Source: Anolis carolinensis | Taxonomy: Eukaryota | Assembly (NCBI RefSeq): GCF_035594765.1 | Contig: NC_085841.1 | Span: forward strand, 242,130,689 to 242,194,688 | Direction of reading: 5' to 3' | DNA length: 64,000 bases | Shown here: one piece after another, positions 36,767-49,924 of the stretch | How the letters are laid out: every line of letters begins with the position of its first letter | Numbering within the stretch: the first letter of the stretch is position 1 | Notes under the pieces: generated by a model | The model's input: only the letters and a program-made list of their open reading frames with translations | Told to the model about the DNA's origin: nothing | Databases searched by the model: none | Position numbers and translations under genes: made by a program

Positions 36767-37748
36767 GTAAGTAATAATTAAAGAAGGCCTGGTGTTCTGC
36801 GGTATTAAGATTCATATAGACACATTTTATACTTTTATGTCTGATCTTGTGCCTTTGCTAAGAACATGAAACCTTCCCCTTGTCCCTTTAACATCTGAAC
36901 AACAAGAGATGTTTGATGGATACAGTTTTCCCTGACATAGAAATGCAGTGTTAGGGAACATTGCTCCAGCTGAATTTTTCCTTGTCCTGCAGCTATTAAC
37001 AGTGCAGAGAGTTATGTTAGGAAAAAGAAAAAACAAAGAAACGGGTTTTAAAGTATCAGGTGCAGTTGGTCCTCTGCATCCATGGTTTGAAAATATTAAC
37101 TAAATAAATACATACATATATTAATATATAAAATTTCAAAAAGCAAATCTTGATTTTGCCATTTTATATAAAGGATACCATTTTACTAGACCATTGCATA
37201 TAATGGGACTTGAGCATCCATGGATTTTGATATTTACAGGTGATCCTGGAACCAAATCCTAGCAGAAGATGTTATGATCATATGTTTACTGGTCCCCCCC
37301 CCCCCCACAATCTTTCTTTGGTCCAGAGACTCTTGGTTTCCCCTGCAGAAGCTGCTAGGAAATCTCTTGCTTAAGAGACCAGAGCGTCTTCTGCAACAGC
37401 ATCAGGAAGCCTACAGAGGGAACAACGGTTGGCTAAGAGGTCACTTTCTTGCCCACGGTTGCGTTTAATTGCTTAACCATACCGACAGATGAGATGGGCA
37501 GGATAAAAGATGCAATTAACACAATGCTCCTCAGCAACTAACTTGCACCAACTGCTTTGGGTCAATCTGTTTGAGTCAAGGTTGCCAATATTGGTTACCA
37601 ACCCTATCATCTTTTTCTCTCCCTTCCCTGGTATATTTACAAGTCTTGCAGATGTTGTTAGACTTCAGTTCCTATCCACTATAGAAGGCAGAGCTTATGG
37701 GAATTTGAATCCAACAGCACAACATGGACAAGTGATGGGTCTATAGTT

Positions 37749-38792
37749 AGAATCATAGAATCATAGAATAGCAGAGTTGGAAGAGACCTCATGGGCCATC
37801 CAGTCCAACCCCCTGCCAAGAAGCAGGAAATCGCATTCAAAGCACCCCCGATAGATGGCCATCCAGCCTCTGCTTAAAAGCCTCCAAGGAAGGAGCCTCC
37901 ACCACAGCCCGGAGGAGAGAGTTCCACTGTCGAACAGCCCTCACAGTGAGGAAGTTCTTCCTGATGTTCAGGTGGAATCTCCTTTCCTGTAGTTTGAAGC
38001 CATTGTTCCGTGTCCTAGTCTGCAGGGCAGCAGAAAACAAACTTGCTCCCTCCTCCCGATGACTTCCCTTCATGTATTTGTACATGGCTATCATGTCTCC
38101 TCTCAGCCTTCTCTTCTGCAGGCTAAACATGCCAAGCTCTTTAAGCCGCTCCTCATAGGGCTTGTTCTCCAGACCCTTAATCATTTTAGTCGCCCTCCTC
38201 TGGACGCTTTCCCTTCAACTGTGGTGCCCAGAATTGGACGCAGTATTCCAGGTGTGGTCTGACCAAGGCAGAATAGAGGGGGAGCATGACTTCCCTGGAT
38301 CTAGACGCTATACCCCTATTGATGCAGGCCAGAATCCCGTTGGCTTTTTTAGCTGCTGCATCACATTGTTGGCTCATGTTTAACTTGTTGTCCACGAGGA
38401 CTCCAAGGTCTTTTTCGCACACACTGCTGTCAAGCCAGGCATCCCCCATTCTGTATCTTTGATTTCCATTTTTTCTGCCGAAATGAAGTATCTTGCATTT
38501 GTCCCTGTTGAACTTCATTTTGTTAGTTTCAGCCCATCTCTCTAGTCTGTCAAGATCGTTTTGAATTCTGCTCCTGTCTTCTGGAGTGTTAGCTATCCCT
38601 CCCAGTTTTGTGTCGTCTGCAAACTTGATGATCGTGCCTTCTAACCCTTCGTCTAAGTCGTTAATAAAGATGTTGAACAGAACCGGGCCCAGGACGGAGC
38701 CCTGCGGCACTCCACTTGTCACTTCTTTCCATGATGATGACGCATTGGTGAGCACCCTTTGGGTTCGTTCGCTTAGCCAATTGCAGATCCAC
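37749..38792 (-). mobile_element. CR1 LINE, 5'-truncated, ORF2 reverse transcriptase C-terminal part with a small deletion
   Basis: [21 protein letters not shown]…KFADDTKL…[13 protein letters not shown]; frame break near 38210; (ATTCTATG)n tail. Confidence 0.95.
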
Positions 38793-38848
38793 CTTCTCCA
38801 CCCTTGTTTAAAAAATTGATTGGTCTGTCAGTGTTTAAGTGTTTAAGG

Positions 38849-38982
38849 CAGTGGTTCTTAACCTGTGGGTTCCTAGATGTTTTGGCCTTCGACTCCCAGA
38901 AATTCTAACAGCTGTTAAACTGGCTGAGATTTCTGGGAGTTGTAGGCCAAAACACCTGGGGACCCACAGGTTGAGAGTCATG
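38849..38982. mobile_element. hAT (Charlie-type) MITE
   Basis: Same TIR family as 30517; 8-bp duplication GTTTAAGG. Confidence 0.88.
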
Positions 38983-41538
38983 GTTTAAGGGGTGAACCAA
39001 TTCTCTGTAAATCCTGATTTCTGAAGACTAATAAAGACACAAGGGTTTAAAAGTTCTGCTCTTGAAACTGTTTTGAACTTTGAGTTGAGTACCTTAAATA
39101 TTGCACTTCTCTCCAACTGCATAATTGCACCTATTCGTCAATTTTGGGTTCCACAATGGAAAGTGATGCCATCGAAGTGTTTTTTCACAAAACAGGGAGA
39201 GAAATTTCACTTCAGTTTATCCAAATTGAAACACCTTTAGCTCTCACTGATTTTAACTTGTACATAAGCATATATCTAACAACTGAGCAGTAATTCACTT
39301 ATGCTAGCATGATTTGTGCCATTTTAAAAACTTCTACAAACCAAATGGTGAGTTTCTTTCCTTGCATTGTTCCAAGACTTCTGTTGTTGTGTCCTGTCAA
39401 AACGTTTCCAACTTATAGCAACCCTATGGGGGGGGGGGGGTCTGAGCAGGGCCCTAGCTTGGGGGGGGGGGGAGGCAGGATTAAAAGTCCACCCCTCCTG
39501 AAATGTGTTAGGTTAACAAAATCGGGTTTACTCATAAATTGGTTAACCACTTAAAATTCACGGGTAAACCAGGTTTGGGGGGAGGGTTGAACCCTTGTGT
39601 GTGTGTGTGTGGGGGGGGGGTGTTGAACCCTTAACCCCCCCTCTGGCTATGGCCTTGGTTCTGGGGCTGAGAGTGTGTGACCTGCCCAAGGTCCCCCAAT
39701 GGGTTCCCATGGCTGAATGGGGATCTAAATTCTGGTTTCCATAGTCCAACTATGTTCAAGCAACTATGTCACACTGACTCTTCTTAGTCACCAATAGCAA
39801 TAAATGATTACAACGGAACTTATTTTCAGGAAAGTAAAACATTGAGACTGCACCTTTCCCTCTTTCAAATGGGACATTAAACAAGCAGGCCTCTTTCAAA
39901 TACTGCACACCTTTTGTCAGAGCTCAGAAGCAGTACTTTTCTGGACTGTTGCTCCCAGAATACTCCAGCCAACACAACCATTGACCATGCTATGCAGACA
40001 ATGCTGAGAATAACTTTCTCAAACTCTGAGTGTTATCTGGGGAATGTCAATGAGGTATGAACTGCAATGCTGGGAAACATGACTACTGGCACCAAGTAGC
40101 ACACAACTGATGCCATCTTTGGTTGTGCCTCTGCTCTTCTGCCCCATTGCCCAGGGAGAAGGCATCCATTGTCCTTTGGCGGTTTTCACTGGCGGCAGAA
40201 TGGTCAGTGAGGACCGATACCACAATATCCATGAGGGATGAGACAAAGATCTAGGAATGATAGTCCAGACAGATGTCTGTTGGATTAACAAAGTGTGTCT
40301 GTGTGCGAGATGGCATCACCAAGGCACCCCAAGAACCCACAAAGTAATTTTCCCAGGACCTACTCTTCATGGATGTATCCCACCTTCTTCTTCACAGGCA
40401 GTAGCATATTCAAAAGAAGTCACATTTGTTTGAATGCCACCAAGTTGAAGTTTCTCATTATTTGCATTGGGTATCCTTGCCTCTCATAAGTAGTACTCTT
40501 TTATTGGTATGTCTGACTGTGTGGAGGCCGTGTTTTCACCAAGGATACTAAGAGAACAGTAGCCTTCAATGGTGTAACACAATAGTTACTGTCCACATGC
40601 TGTTTCATATGCTTTCAGGCTATTTGATGAGGTGCTGGCTGACCTGGCAAGCCATTATGTATGGTGCCACTGCTTAATTTTTCCCCAATACCAGAATACC
40701 AGAAATTGCATGCACATAAAACTGGCATCCTTCTGGATTATTATGCTGAATCTACTTTGCTGCCTCCGATGGTTTCTAAGATTGCTTTATATTAATTTAT
40801 GTCCATGATCAACAAGCCAAAGAATAGGAGGAAGGAGGCGAAATATCTTTTCAGTTCCCGTCCTTAGAAAGTTACTTTCAATTGACAATTGACTGTATAA
40901 TTCATTACACAGCTAAAAAAAATTATTGTTAATGCTAGAAATAGGGTTTTCTTATTTATAAAAAACCACCCACAACTTTTGTTTTTGGTTATTTCATTCC
41001 TTTTTGCAGATATAGGTGAATGGGATACAATTTGGAAAATTCCTCTCTAAAATACTTTAAAACGCAATCACAACTATATTCTTGATTAGTACCATCATTT
41101 TAGCAGCATCTGAAAAATAATAACTACTAATTTCTTTGGTAATATGGAGAAAACAGGACAGCATATTATACACTATTGTATAAAAATGAATAGTAAAACA
41201 AACGGAGTCACTTTGTTTTCACTGAACTGCACTGAATGTCAGCTAAAACCAGACTGTCAACAAAAGGTGTTATTGGGTTTGAAACACATTAGAGATGCCC
41301 AGCACCACTGAAAGTGCCTCAATATTCAGGGTCAGACTCTATTTCTATCTAATTTTGAAGGGAATTCCTCATTATCATTCCAACACCCTCAACGGTCATA
41401 GTATGGTCCTGTTTCACCAGGTTGTTCTGCAGTGATGATACAAAGGCATACATTGCCAAACTACCACGTCAGCTAGAGGAAAGTTTTGGCCAACTGTGGA
41501 ACTGAGTAGCCCTTGTTGATTTGATGAAGTTTGAAGTG

Positions 41539-41641
41539 TCAGGTTCCTTGGCTGTTTCTCTTCTGGTGGCATGGCAAGCAACAGCGCTCCTTCTGCCCAG
41601 TACTCACAGAACAAGCATGGCACACAGTGTGTTGGCACAAC
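41539..41641 (-). CDS. RUFY4: RUFY4 last coding exon (FYVE-like finger, second half)
   Basis: (R)[33 protein letters not shown]; pyrimidine tract and AG acceptor. Confidence 0.88.
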
Positions 41642-44600
41642 CTGAGAGAGAAAGAGAAAGATTGATCGAGACCACTTAAAAAATGATTTAGTGATCTGTT
41701 CATCAGCATGTTTCTGAAGAACGTGTACATTATGGTCAATAATAGAACTTCATCCTACATGTTCTGACTCGTACAATAACATGACAAAAAGGTCTGCAAA
41801 GCTGAGGAAATCATGCTTTTTCAAAAGTGTCTTGCTTCACCGAATGCAGAAGCTGTTGGGATCAAAGTTGTAGCCACAGCCTTGATTGCCAATACAGTAG
41901 CTTTACACGTGCACGAATAATTCCTTTGTATGTTGGATTGTCAATTGAGGCATTTATGTATTCTCAACAATAACTCAAGTGAGGAAAGATTGTCTTGTTA
42001 TTTTGGGTCTTCCTTTTTTATGCTGAAGCTATTCTGTCCTGGGTTTCTCAGTTTTGCTTCTGCCTGTTGTATCAGAAATTGCTCACCAGACAGAAGTCAG
42101 CTGCTTCCTGAGCAACAGAGAAACAGACCACCGCTAATCTCAGTAGCTGCTTCCTGATAAGTGGAAATTGGGACAGGACTCACTCAGTAGTATCATTACT
42201 GAGCTGCTTATGCATACGTATCTCCTACATAGTATCAAACTATCACTAAAATTTAAGCCAGTGAAAAACATATTATATAATAAGTTTAAAACATTTTAAC
42301 TGTATCTTCCTTCCCTTTTTCTTATTTTGGCTATGTTATATAAGGTGTCAAACTGTTGAAAAGTTTAGGTGCTCAGTCTGTACTCCTGAAGTAGTTCTCA
42401 TATCACATTGGCTCTTACCACTTGCAAAAGCTTCAGCATTTTATTCTGAGTTAAGACTTCCCCTTTCTGCAGCTGTTGTTTACTGCACTGGCAAAGACAC
42501 CCTTCAGCTGGAGCAATGAGCGTGATGGAACGGCAGTTGGGACAAAATACGGCAGATGATAGAGTTCCTTCATACAAAGTTTTTTCTCTTTAATTAGATT
42601 ATTTTCTGACCTCATGAACCATGCTTTAAATAAATACATTGTAGAATATTTTCTAATGTAAATAAGAATTCCAATACTGTATATTGAACATTAGCATTTG
42701 GTTGTGGTTAGGGTTGATTTGGACAATGGCTAGGGTTTATGTACATTTCTTATATTTTCTAACCACAATAAGAATTCTACTACCTTCCTTCTGTCACTCT
42801 CTCATACAGTAGGGCTGACCTTGAGTACATTATCATATGTACTTTGATTAACATTGCATAGTGAGATATCAGGCACCTCCCTATGCAATGCCCCTTCTCT
42901 TCTGTTCAACATGATTTAGCCATGCAGGACATATCCATTTGCAAGCTTAATGATATTGTATAGTGGGCCCTACTAGGCTTTGGTTCCAAGACTGTACTGT
43001 GAATACCAAAATCAATGGGTGCACAAGACTCACTATATGCAATGTGTTGTATCCCAGCCACAGGCTGGCCAGATTCTAGATGAAGATGGAGGGGATTCTG
43101 GGGATTCTGGATATGGGATTCAAGATCAGCAGTCTGAGGCAGAAGCTAGCTCAGACATGCAGTTGCAGGATGAGCTGCTGATTCCAGGAGAAACAGATAA
43201 TGGTCAAGCTGACATGAGAAATATTGAGGGAGAGACTTCAGCCTTGGAAAATAATGAGGATGACGGTTTAGCTTCTGACCAGCAGGTGCAAGATAACAAG
43301 GATTTATCTAGAGAGGACAGTTTGTCTTAGATGGGTTCCCAGGTCCATAGAAGTGAGCGTTTGGCGCGCAAACGTGAATCTAGCTGTGGGAAAAGGAATG
43401 CATTCCTAAGTTGTTATTAAAGCATGCTTTCACAGACTATTCTTTGTCAGTGCAATTTCATCGCTTCATCTGTGTGGAAGTTTTATCGAGCCAGCGTTCT
43501 TGGGTTCTTGGGCCTTGTTCTTTGGACTATTTGCCTTGTGGTTTATCTTGGATTCTTGGACCTTGTTCTTGGACTCTATGGACTAATTCTTCACTTTGTG
43601 GATTATCTTGGATTCTTGGATCTTGTGCTTTGGACTCTATGGACTAATTCTTTGCCTCATGGATTATTGTTCCTGCTATGCTTTTTGAACCCATGGACCT
43701 AGCCTTTTGGATTAAATAGACATTCATGTACTTTGTGAATCTCTTGGACCTATTGACTCTTTCATTACAACTTTGAACTACCTTTTGATTGCTTGCTTGA
43801 TTTATATTCTGCTTTGCTTAATAAAAACTTCAAAAGACTACCTGTGTGTCTGACTGGGTATCTATAGCAAGGTGAACTTAGCCTGAGGTGCGACACAATG
43901 GTATAGTAGAATTATATAGCAAATTTGGAATTTTGTTCTTGAATATGTTCAAGACATGGACATAGAATCTGTGGATACAGGAGAACAACTGTACTGTTTC
44001 CATTTTGATGTGTAAGCTGCTTTCAGCCCTGGTTCTGGAAAAATGGCAGATATAAAGGAGGAAGAGCATGTCTTTGTACTTGACCCATGAGTCTACACGT
44101 GTAAATGAGCACACCAGATCCTTCATGTTCAATCATTTGACGCTGTGAGCAAATCTGGGTGAGAAAGACCCAGATGCCAGATGCCATTTGGAACTAGCAA
44201 TAGAGAAGACGAGCAAAAATTTCCTCAGGTTGGTATTATTTTCCATTCTGCTCATCTTAAGAGCATTGCATAGGGCGAATCTCTTCACTTACCCATTTTA
44301 TTTTAGATACATCAGGAATGCTCCAATGTGGGACCAAAAATACAACCAGGGTGAGGGAGGTGTCTTCTCTTCAAAATGGAGGCCTTCACCATACTTTGCT
44401 TTAGTAAGAGGTTGGTTGCCTCCAGGTGTGGTTGTTGAAGTAGATTCAATTGTCATTCTGTTTAGCTTCCATACATAAAATTAGGAGGTTGTTGGACATT
44501 TTGACTTTTGCCTTTGCAGAATGACTTGGGCTAGTGTTCACCTTGGCAAGGCATACTACTCGTTCTTGGAACCAGTCTCTCCAAATATGCCTATTTTCTC

Positions 44601-47600
44601 TCAACAGTAGTCAAATACCTTGAAATATTACCTGCACTGGTAGCGGCGTGACATGAGCCTGAAATCCTTTTTACAGAGAGTACATGTCCCAGAGGTCTGG
44701 GGAGCTGAACACGCTACTGGAGGAGAAATGCCTTCTGTCTTCTGCCACAGAGCATCCTTCTCACTGTGGAAAGAAAAGGAAGGCAAAGAACAAAAGAGAG
44801 TCATTCTCTTTGCTACAAGGACCAAATAGAGACTAATCATCAGATTATTTCCCCCTTCAGATTAGTAAAAATTTATAGTTGGTAGGGATCTCAAAGATCA
44901 CTTAGTTTAGCCTTCTGTGAACACTATTTATTTATTACAGTACTTGTATCCCACCCTTCTCACCCAATAGGGGACTCAGTGCGGCTTACAATAAAAACAC
45001 ATATATAAAAATACAGAACATTCAATCAATTAAAATTAAATACAATAAACATTCATAAAAATATACATATAAATATACAATTGGAGCATTTCGAGTCTAA
45101 AAAACTGGGTCTGTCATTGAGTTCTAAAGCATGCAGTAGTAATTGATGCTGCTATTATTGTTCGAAAGCCTGGTCCCACAATCAGGTCTTAACTTTTCTA
45201 CAGAAAGATAGGAGGGAGGGAGCCTGCCTGACATCATTTGGGAGGACGTTCCATAGGTGGGGAGCCACTACTGAAAGGGCCCTGTCTCTCGTCCCTGCCA
45301 GCCGCAATAAATCCATTGCAATGGCAACCTGGATAAACAGTCATTTTTGCTGATGTTTAATAATTTCTAACTGAAAGAAACCTTCCGAGACAACCTATTC
45401 CAAAATCATTTATCAAAACCATCTACCAAACATCACCAGAAAATTCTTTCTAATGTGCAGTTCTGGTCATTTGGACCTGGCCTTCTAGTTCCTAACTTTT
45501 GAAGCAAGAAAACAACAACAACAACAACAACAACATTTGTTCCATCATCTATATACCAGCCATCTTCCATTGTTGACACATGTCACTGAGCGATTTGTCT
45601 GTTTATTGTACTTATACTACATCCAGTGTTATTTGATACCCAAATTGTGCCTATATCCATTTTAAGTTGCCTTTTCCCAACTGAAATAGCCTATGCTCTA
45701 CTTAAGATCTACTTTTCAGGTGATTCATTTTACAGTTCCCTTCAGTCATCACTTCAGATGCATTTGAAGAACTCCGAAGAGGACTACCAGATATAGAGTC
45801 ATGGCAGACTCTGGAAATGTTACTGTTGGATTATAGGTCATCAAGTTCCCCAACCAACAGGGCAAGTGATTACCACACTGCAGAAAATACAATTTTAAGC
45901 CCTGGTTAGCTAGCAGCGCCCATCGAAACTGGGTGGCATGGCATGGCAAAAGTGTATGTGTGGAGTGGTGGTGATAGAGGAGATCTGAATTTTAGTTTTA
46001 AAACAAAGCATATGGAGATCATAGACTTTATGTTTTAGCAAAATTATATCCTCCAAAGTGTGGTTTTCCTTGTTTTAAGTTAAAATGTGACTTTCTTTGC
46101 TGCTGAGTTTTGGTAGTACAGCAGCAAACTGCAGTTCAGACCATGACTTTCAAAGGACTGGAGGAAGAGAAGCATATGCACTACACTAGTGGTTTCCAAC
46201 CTTTGGGCCTTCAGATGTTTTGGACTTCAACTTCCAGAAATCACAGCCAGCTAACCAGCTGTTAGGAATTGTGGGAGCTGAAGTCCAAAACACCTGGAGG
46301 CCTAAAGGTTGGGAACCTCTGCACTGCACCAAGTTCTTAGTGTCTGGTCCACGCTGACTGGTAGTTCCTCTCCAGGGTTTTGAGGTAGTACTTTTCCCAG
46401 CCTTCCTAGGGAAAAGCATTGAACTCTCATCCTTCTGCATACAAAGCATGTGCTCTATCACAGAGCTATGGGCCCTTTCCATCTTCTTTCTGGACTATAT
46501 GACTCTTGCTGACATCAATCTTCTCTAGTCTGCTTTGATTTGTTGTGTGTGTTGGTGGGTTTTGCTCCCTGCCACATATTGCTTTCTAAATCCAGTAAAC
46601 ACAGAAGTCACTTTCCCCTTGTTCCTCTTGGTCTTCTTTCACTCACCGCAGTAATTCCAGCAACTTCCCTTTCATACTGCAAATAAGCTCCCCCTGTTCC
46701 GACAGCTGTTGCTTATATTTATTTTCCTTTTCTTTTGATTCTTGGTGTCTTTTTTCCAACAAGACTTGCAATTGTTCTTTTTCTTGCTGGGATCTAAGTA
46801 GGAGGAAGAGAAATACATGAAGTAAATAATAATAATCATGATCATGATCATGATCATCACAGGGTTGTTGTATGTTTTCTGGGCTGTATGGCCATGTTCT
46901 AGAAGTATTCTCTCCTGACGTTTCACCCACATCTATGGCAGGCATCCTCAGAGGTTGTGAGGTATGGAGAAACTAAGCAAGGAGGTTTATATATATCTGT
47001 GGGAAGTCCAGGGTGAGGGAAGAACTCTTGTCAGTTATTTATGCTGGCCTCCAACTGACAAGAGTTCTTCCCCCACCCTGGACTTCCCACAGATATATAT
47101 AAACCTTCCTTGCTTAGTTTCTCCATACCTCACAACCTCTGAGGATGCCTTCCATAGATGTGGGCGAAACGTCAGGGAGAATACTTCTAGAACATGGCCA
47201 TACAGCCCGGAAAACATACAACAATCCTGTGATCCCGGCCATGAAAGCCTTCGACAACACAATAATAATCACCTTTTCCCCAGAATGGCACCCAAAGAGA
47301 CTTCCAAAACCAATAAATTAAAAACATTTACAATCTATATATATAAATGAGTGATGGCATCAGGGCAACCCACAAAACAACCTCGAAATTTGACAACACA
47401 ACCCATCATCCACAGCTCCAGTAAGATACAACAAAAATAAAAGAAAAATAAAGTCCTAATTAGAGGGAGAGCAATAAATTTTTTTATCCAATTGCTGCCA
47501 GTTTAGAGGGCTAATCTCTGCCCACTTCGTCTCCTAGCAACCAATTCAGCCAAGCACAGCCAGGGTTCAATTAGGGGACAGGCAGATTTAGGCCTCACTT

Positions 47601-48709
47601 AGGTCTCTTCCACAGATTATCTAATTTGCACTGGATTATATGGCAGTGTAGACTCAAGGCCCTTCCACACAGCTATATAACCCATTTATAATCTTATATT
47701 ATCTGCTTTGCACTGGATTGTCTTGAGTCCACACTACCATATAATCCACTTCAGTGTGCATTTTATACAGCTGTGAAGAAGGGGCCTCATATAATCCAGT
47801 TCTAAGCAGATAATATAAGATTATCAATATGCAGTAGAGTCTCACTTATCCAACATAAACAGGCCAGCAGGATAAGTGAATATGTTGGATAATAAGAAGG
47901 GATTTAGGAAAAGCCAATTAAACATCAAATTAGGTAATCGTTATACAAATTAAGCATCAAAACATCAGATTATACAACAAATTTGACAGAAAAAGTAGTT
48001 CAATGCTCAGTAATGCTATGTTGTAATTACAGTAGATTCTCACTTATCCAAGACTCGCTTATCCAATGTTCTGGATTATCCAACGCATTTTTGTAGTCAA
48101 TGTTTTCAATATATCGTGATATTTTGGTGCTAAATTCATAAATACAGTAATTACTACATAGCATTACTGCGTATTGAACTACTTTTTCTACCAAATTTGT
48201 TGTCTAACATGATGTTTTGTTGCTTCATTTGTAAAATCATAACCTAATTTGATGTTTAATAGGCTTTTCCTTAATGCCTCCTTATTATCCAACATATTCG
48301 CTTATCCAACATTCTGCTGGCCCATTTATGTTGGATAAGTGAGACTCTACTGTACTGTATTTACAAATTTACCACTAAAATATCACAATGAATTTAAAAC
48401 ACTGACTACAAAAACATTGCTTATGAAAAGGCAGACTGCATTGGATAATCCAGAACACTGTATAAGCGAATGTTGGATAAGTGAGATTCTACTTTAATAT
48501 GAAATAATTACTGGGATAGAATAATGCAGAACAATATAATCTCTAAAACCAGGACAGTAAATAAAGAGCAACACTCTTGAAAGCAGGGAAACTGGAAATT
48601 CCACAAAGGAAACAATCAGGGCCAGCTAACACCTCCCAAGAAAGGATTCTTCCAGAAAGGAAGCTGAGAAGGGAGTGAAGCAATGTGTATTACCAGTCAT
48701 TATTATTAC

Positions 48710-48752
<43 letters not shown>

Positions 48753-49871
48753 GTGTTGCTGTCAACCATGAAAATGAATACAATCTGGCTCCAAGTATTC
48801 AAAAACACTAAAATCTGAATATATAAAAATTAATGTGGTATAATAAAACAGAACAATACAATCTCTAAAATCAGAACACTAAATAAAGAACAACACTCTG
48901 AAAACAGGGGAATTCCACACAGGAAACAATCAGGGCCAGCTAACACCTCCCAACAAAATATTCCCATCATCAAAGTCTGGCAAATCCTTTGTTTTCTCAG
49001 GGCCACAGACTGTAGAAGCACATAAAATATCGCAAACAACACCACTCTGAAAACAAGGGAATTCCAGACAGGAAACAATCAGGGCCAGCTAACACATCCC
49101 AACAAAAAATTTACTCGGGGAGGAAACAGCCAGGTTTTAAAGCTGCAAGGCCATTACATCCTAATCATTTTTCCTAATTGCAGCATTCATACTTTCCTCC
49201 AACAGACAAAAAAAAAGTAATCAGAAATATTGTATATTCACAACCTTTAGGAAATAACATCCCCTGATGGCGCAGCGTGTTAAAGCGCTGAGCTGCTGAA
49301 CTTCTGGACCGAAAGGTTTGAATTGGGGGAGCGGAGAGAGCCCCTACTGTTAGCCCCAGCTTCTGCCAACCCAGAAGTTCGAAAACATGCAAATGTGAGT
49401 GCATCAATAGGTACTGCTCCGGCGGGAAGGTAACGCCGCTCCATGCAGTCATCCCACATGACCTTGGAGGAGTCTACAGATAATGCCGGCTCTTCGGCTT
49501 AGAAATGGAGATGAGCACCAACTCCCAGTCGAACATGACTGGACTCAGGGGAAAACCTTTACCCTTTACCTTAACTACCACCAATTCCTCAATACTTTAT
49601 TTCCCATACCACCAGACTTCGCCACAGCAANNNNNNNNNNNNNNNNNNNNNNNNNNNNNNNNNNNNNNNNNNNNNNNNNNNNNNNNNNNNNNNNNNNNNN
49701 NNNNNNNNNNNNNNNNNNNNNNNNNNNNNNNNNNNNNNNNNNNNNNNNNNNNNNNNNNNNNNNNNNNNNNNNNNNNNNNNNNNNNNNNNNNNNNNNNNNN
49801 NNAGACACTGCAGATATAAGTAGGTTTTATGGCTCTACCAGGCATATTCCAAATAATTGTGTGAATTGAGT

Positions 49872-49924
<53 letters not shown>

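Larger units (their letters stand above)
46839..47240. mobile_element. Penelope-like insertion with inverted pLTR arms
   Basis: 181-bp inverted repeat (46856-47036, 47053-47233), 16-nt spacer; AATAATAATCA on both flanks. Confidence 0.88.
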
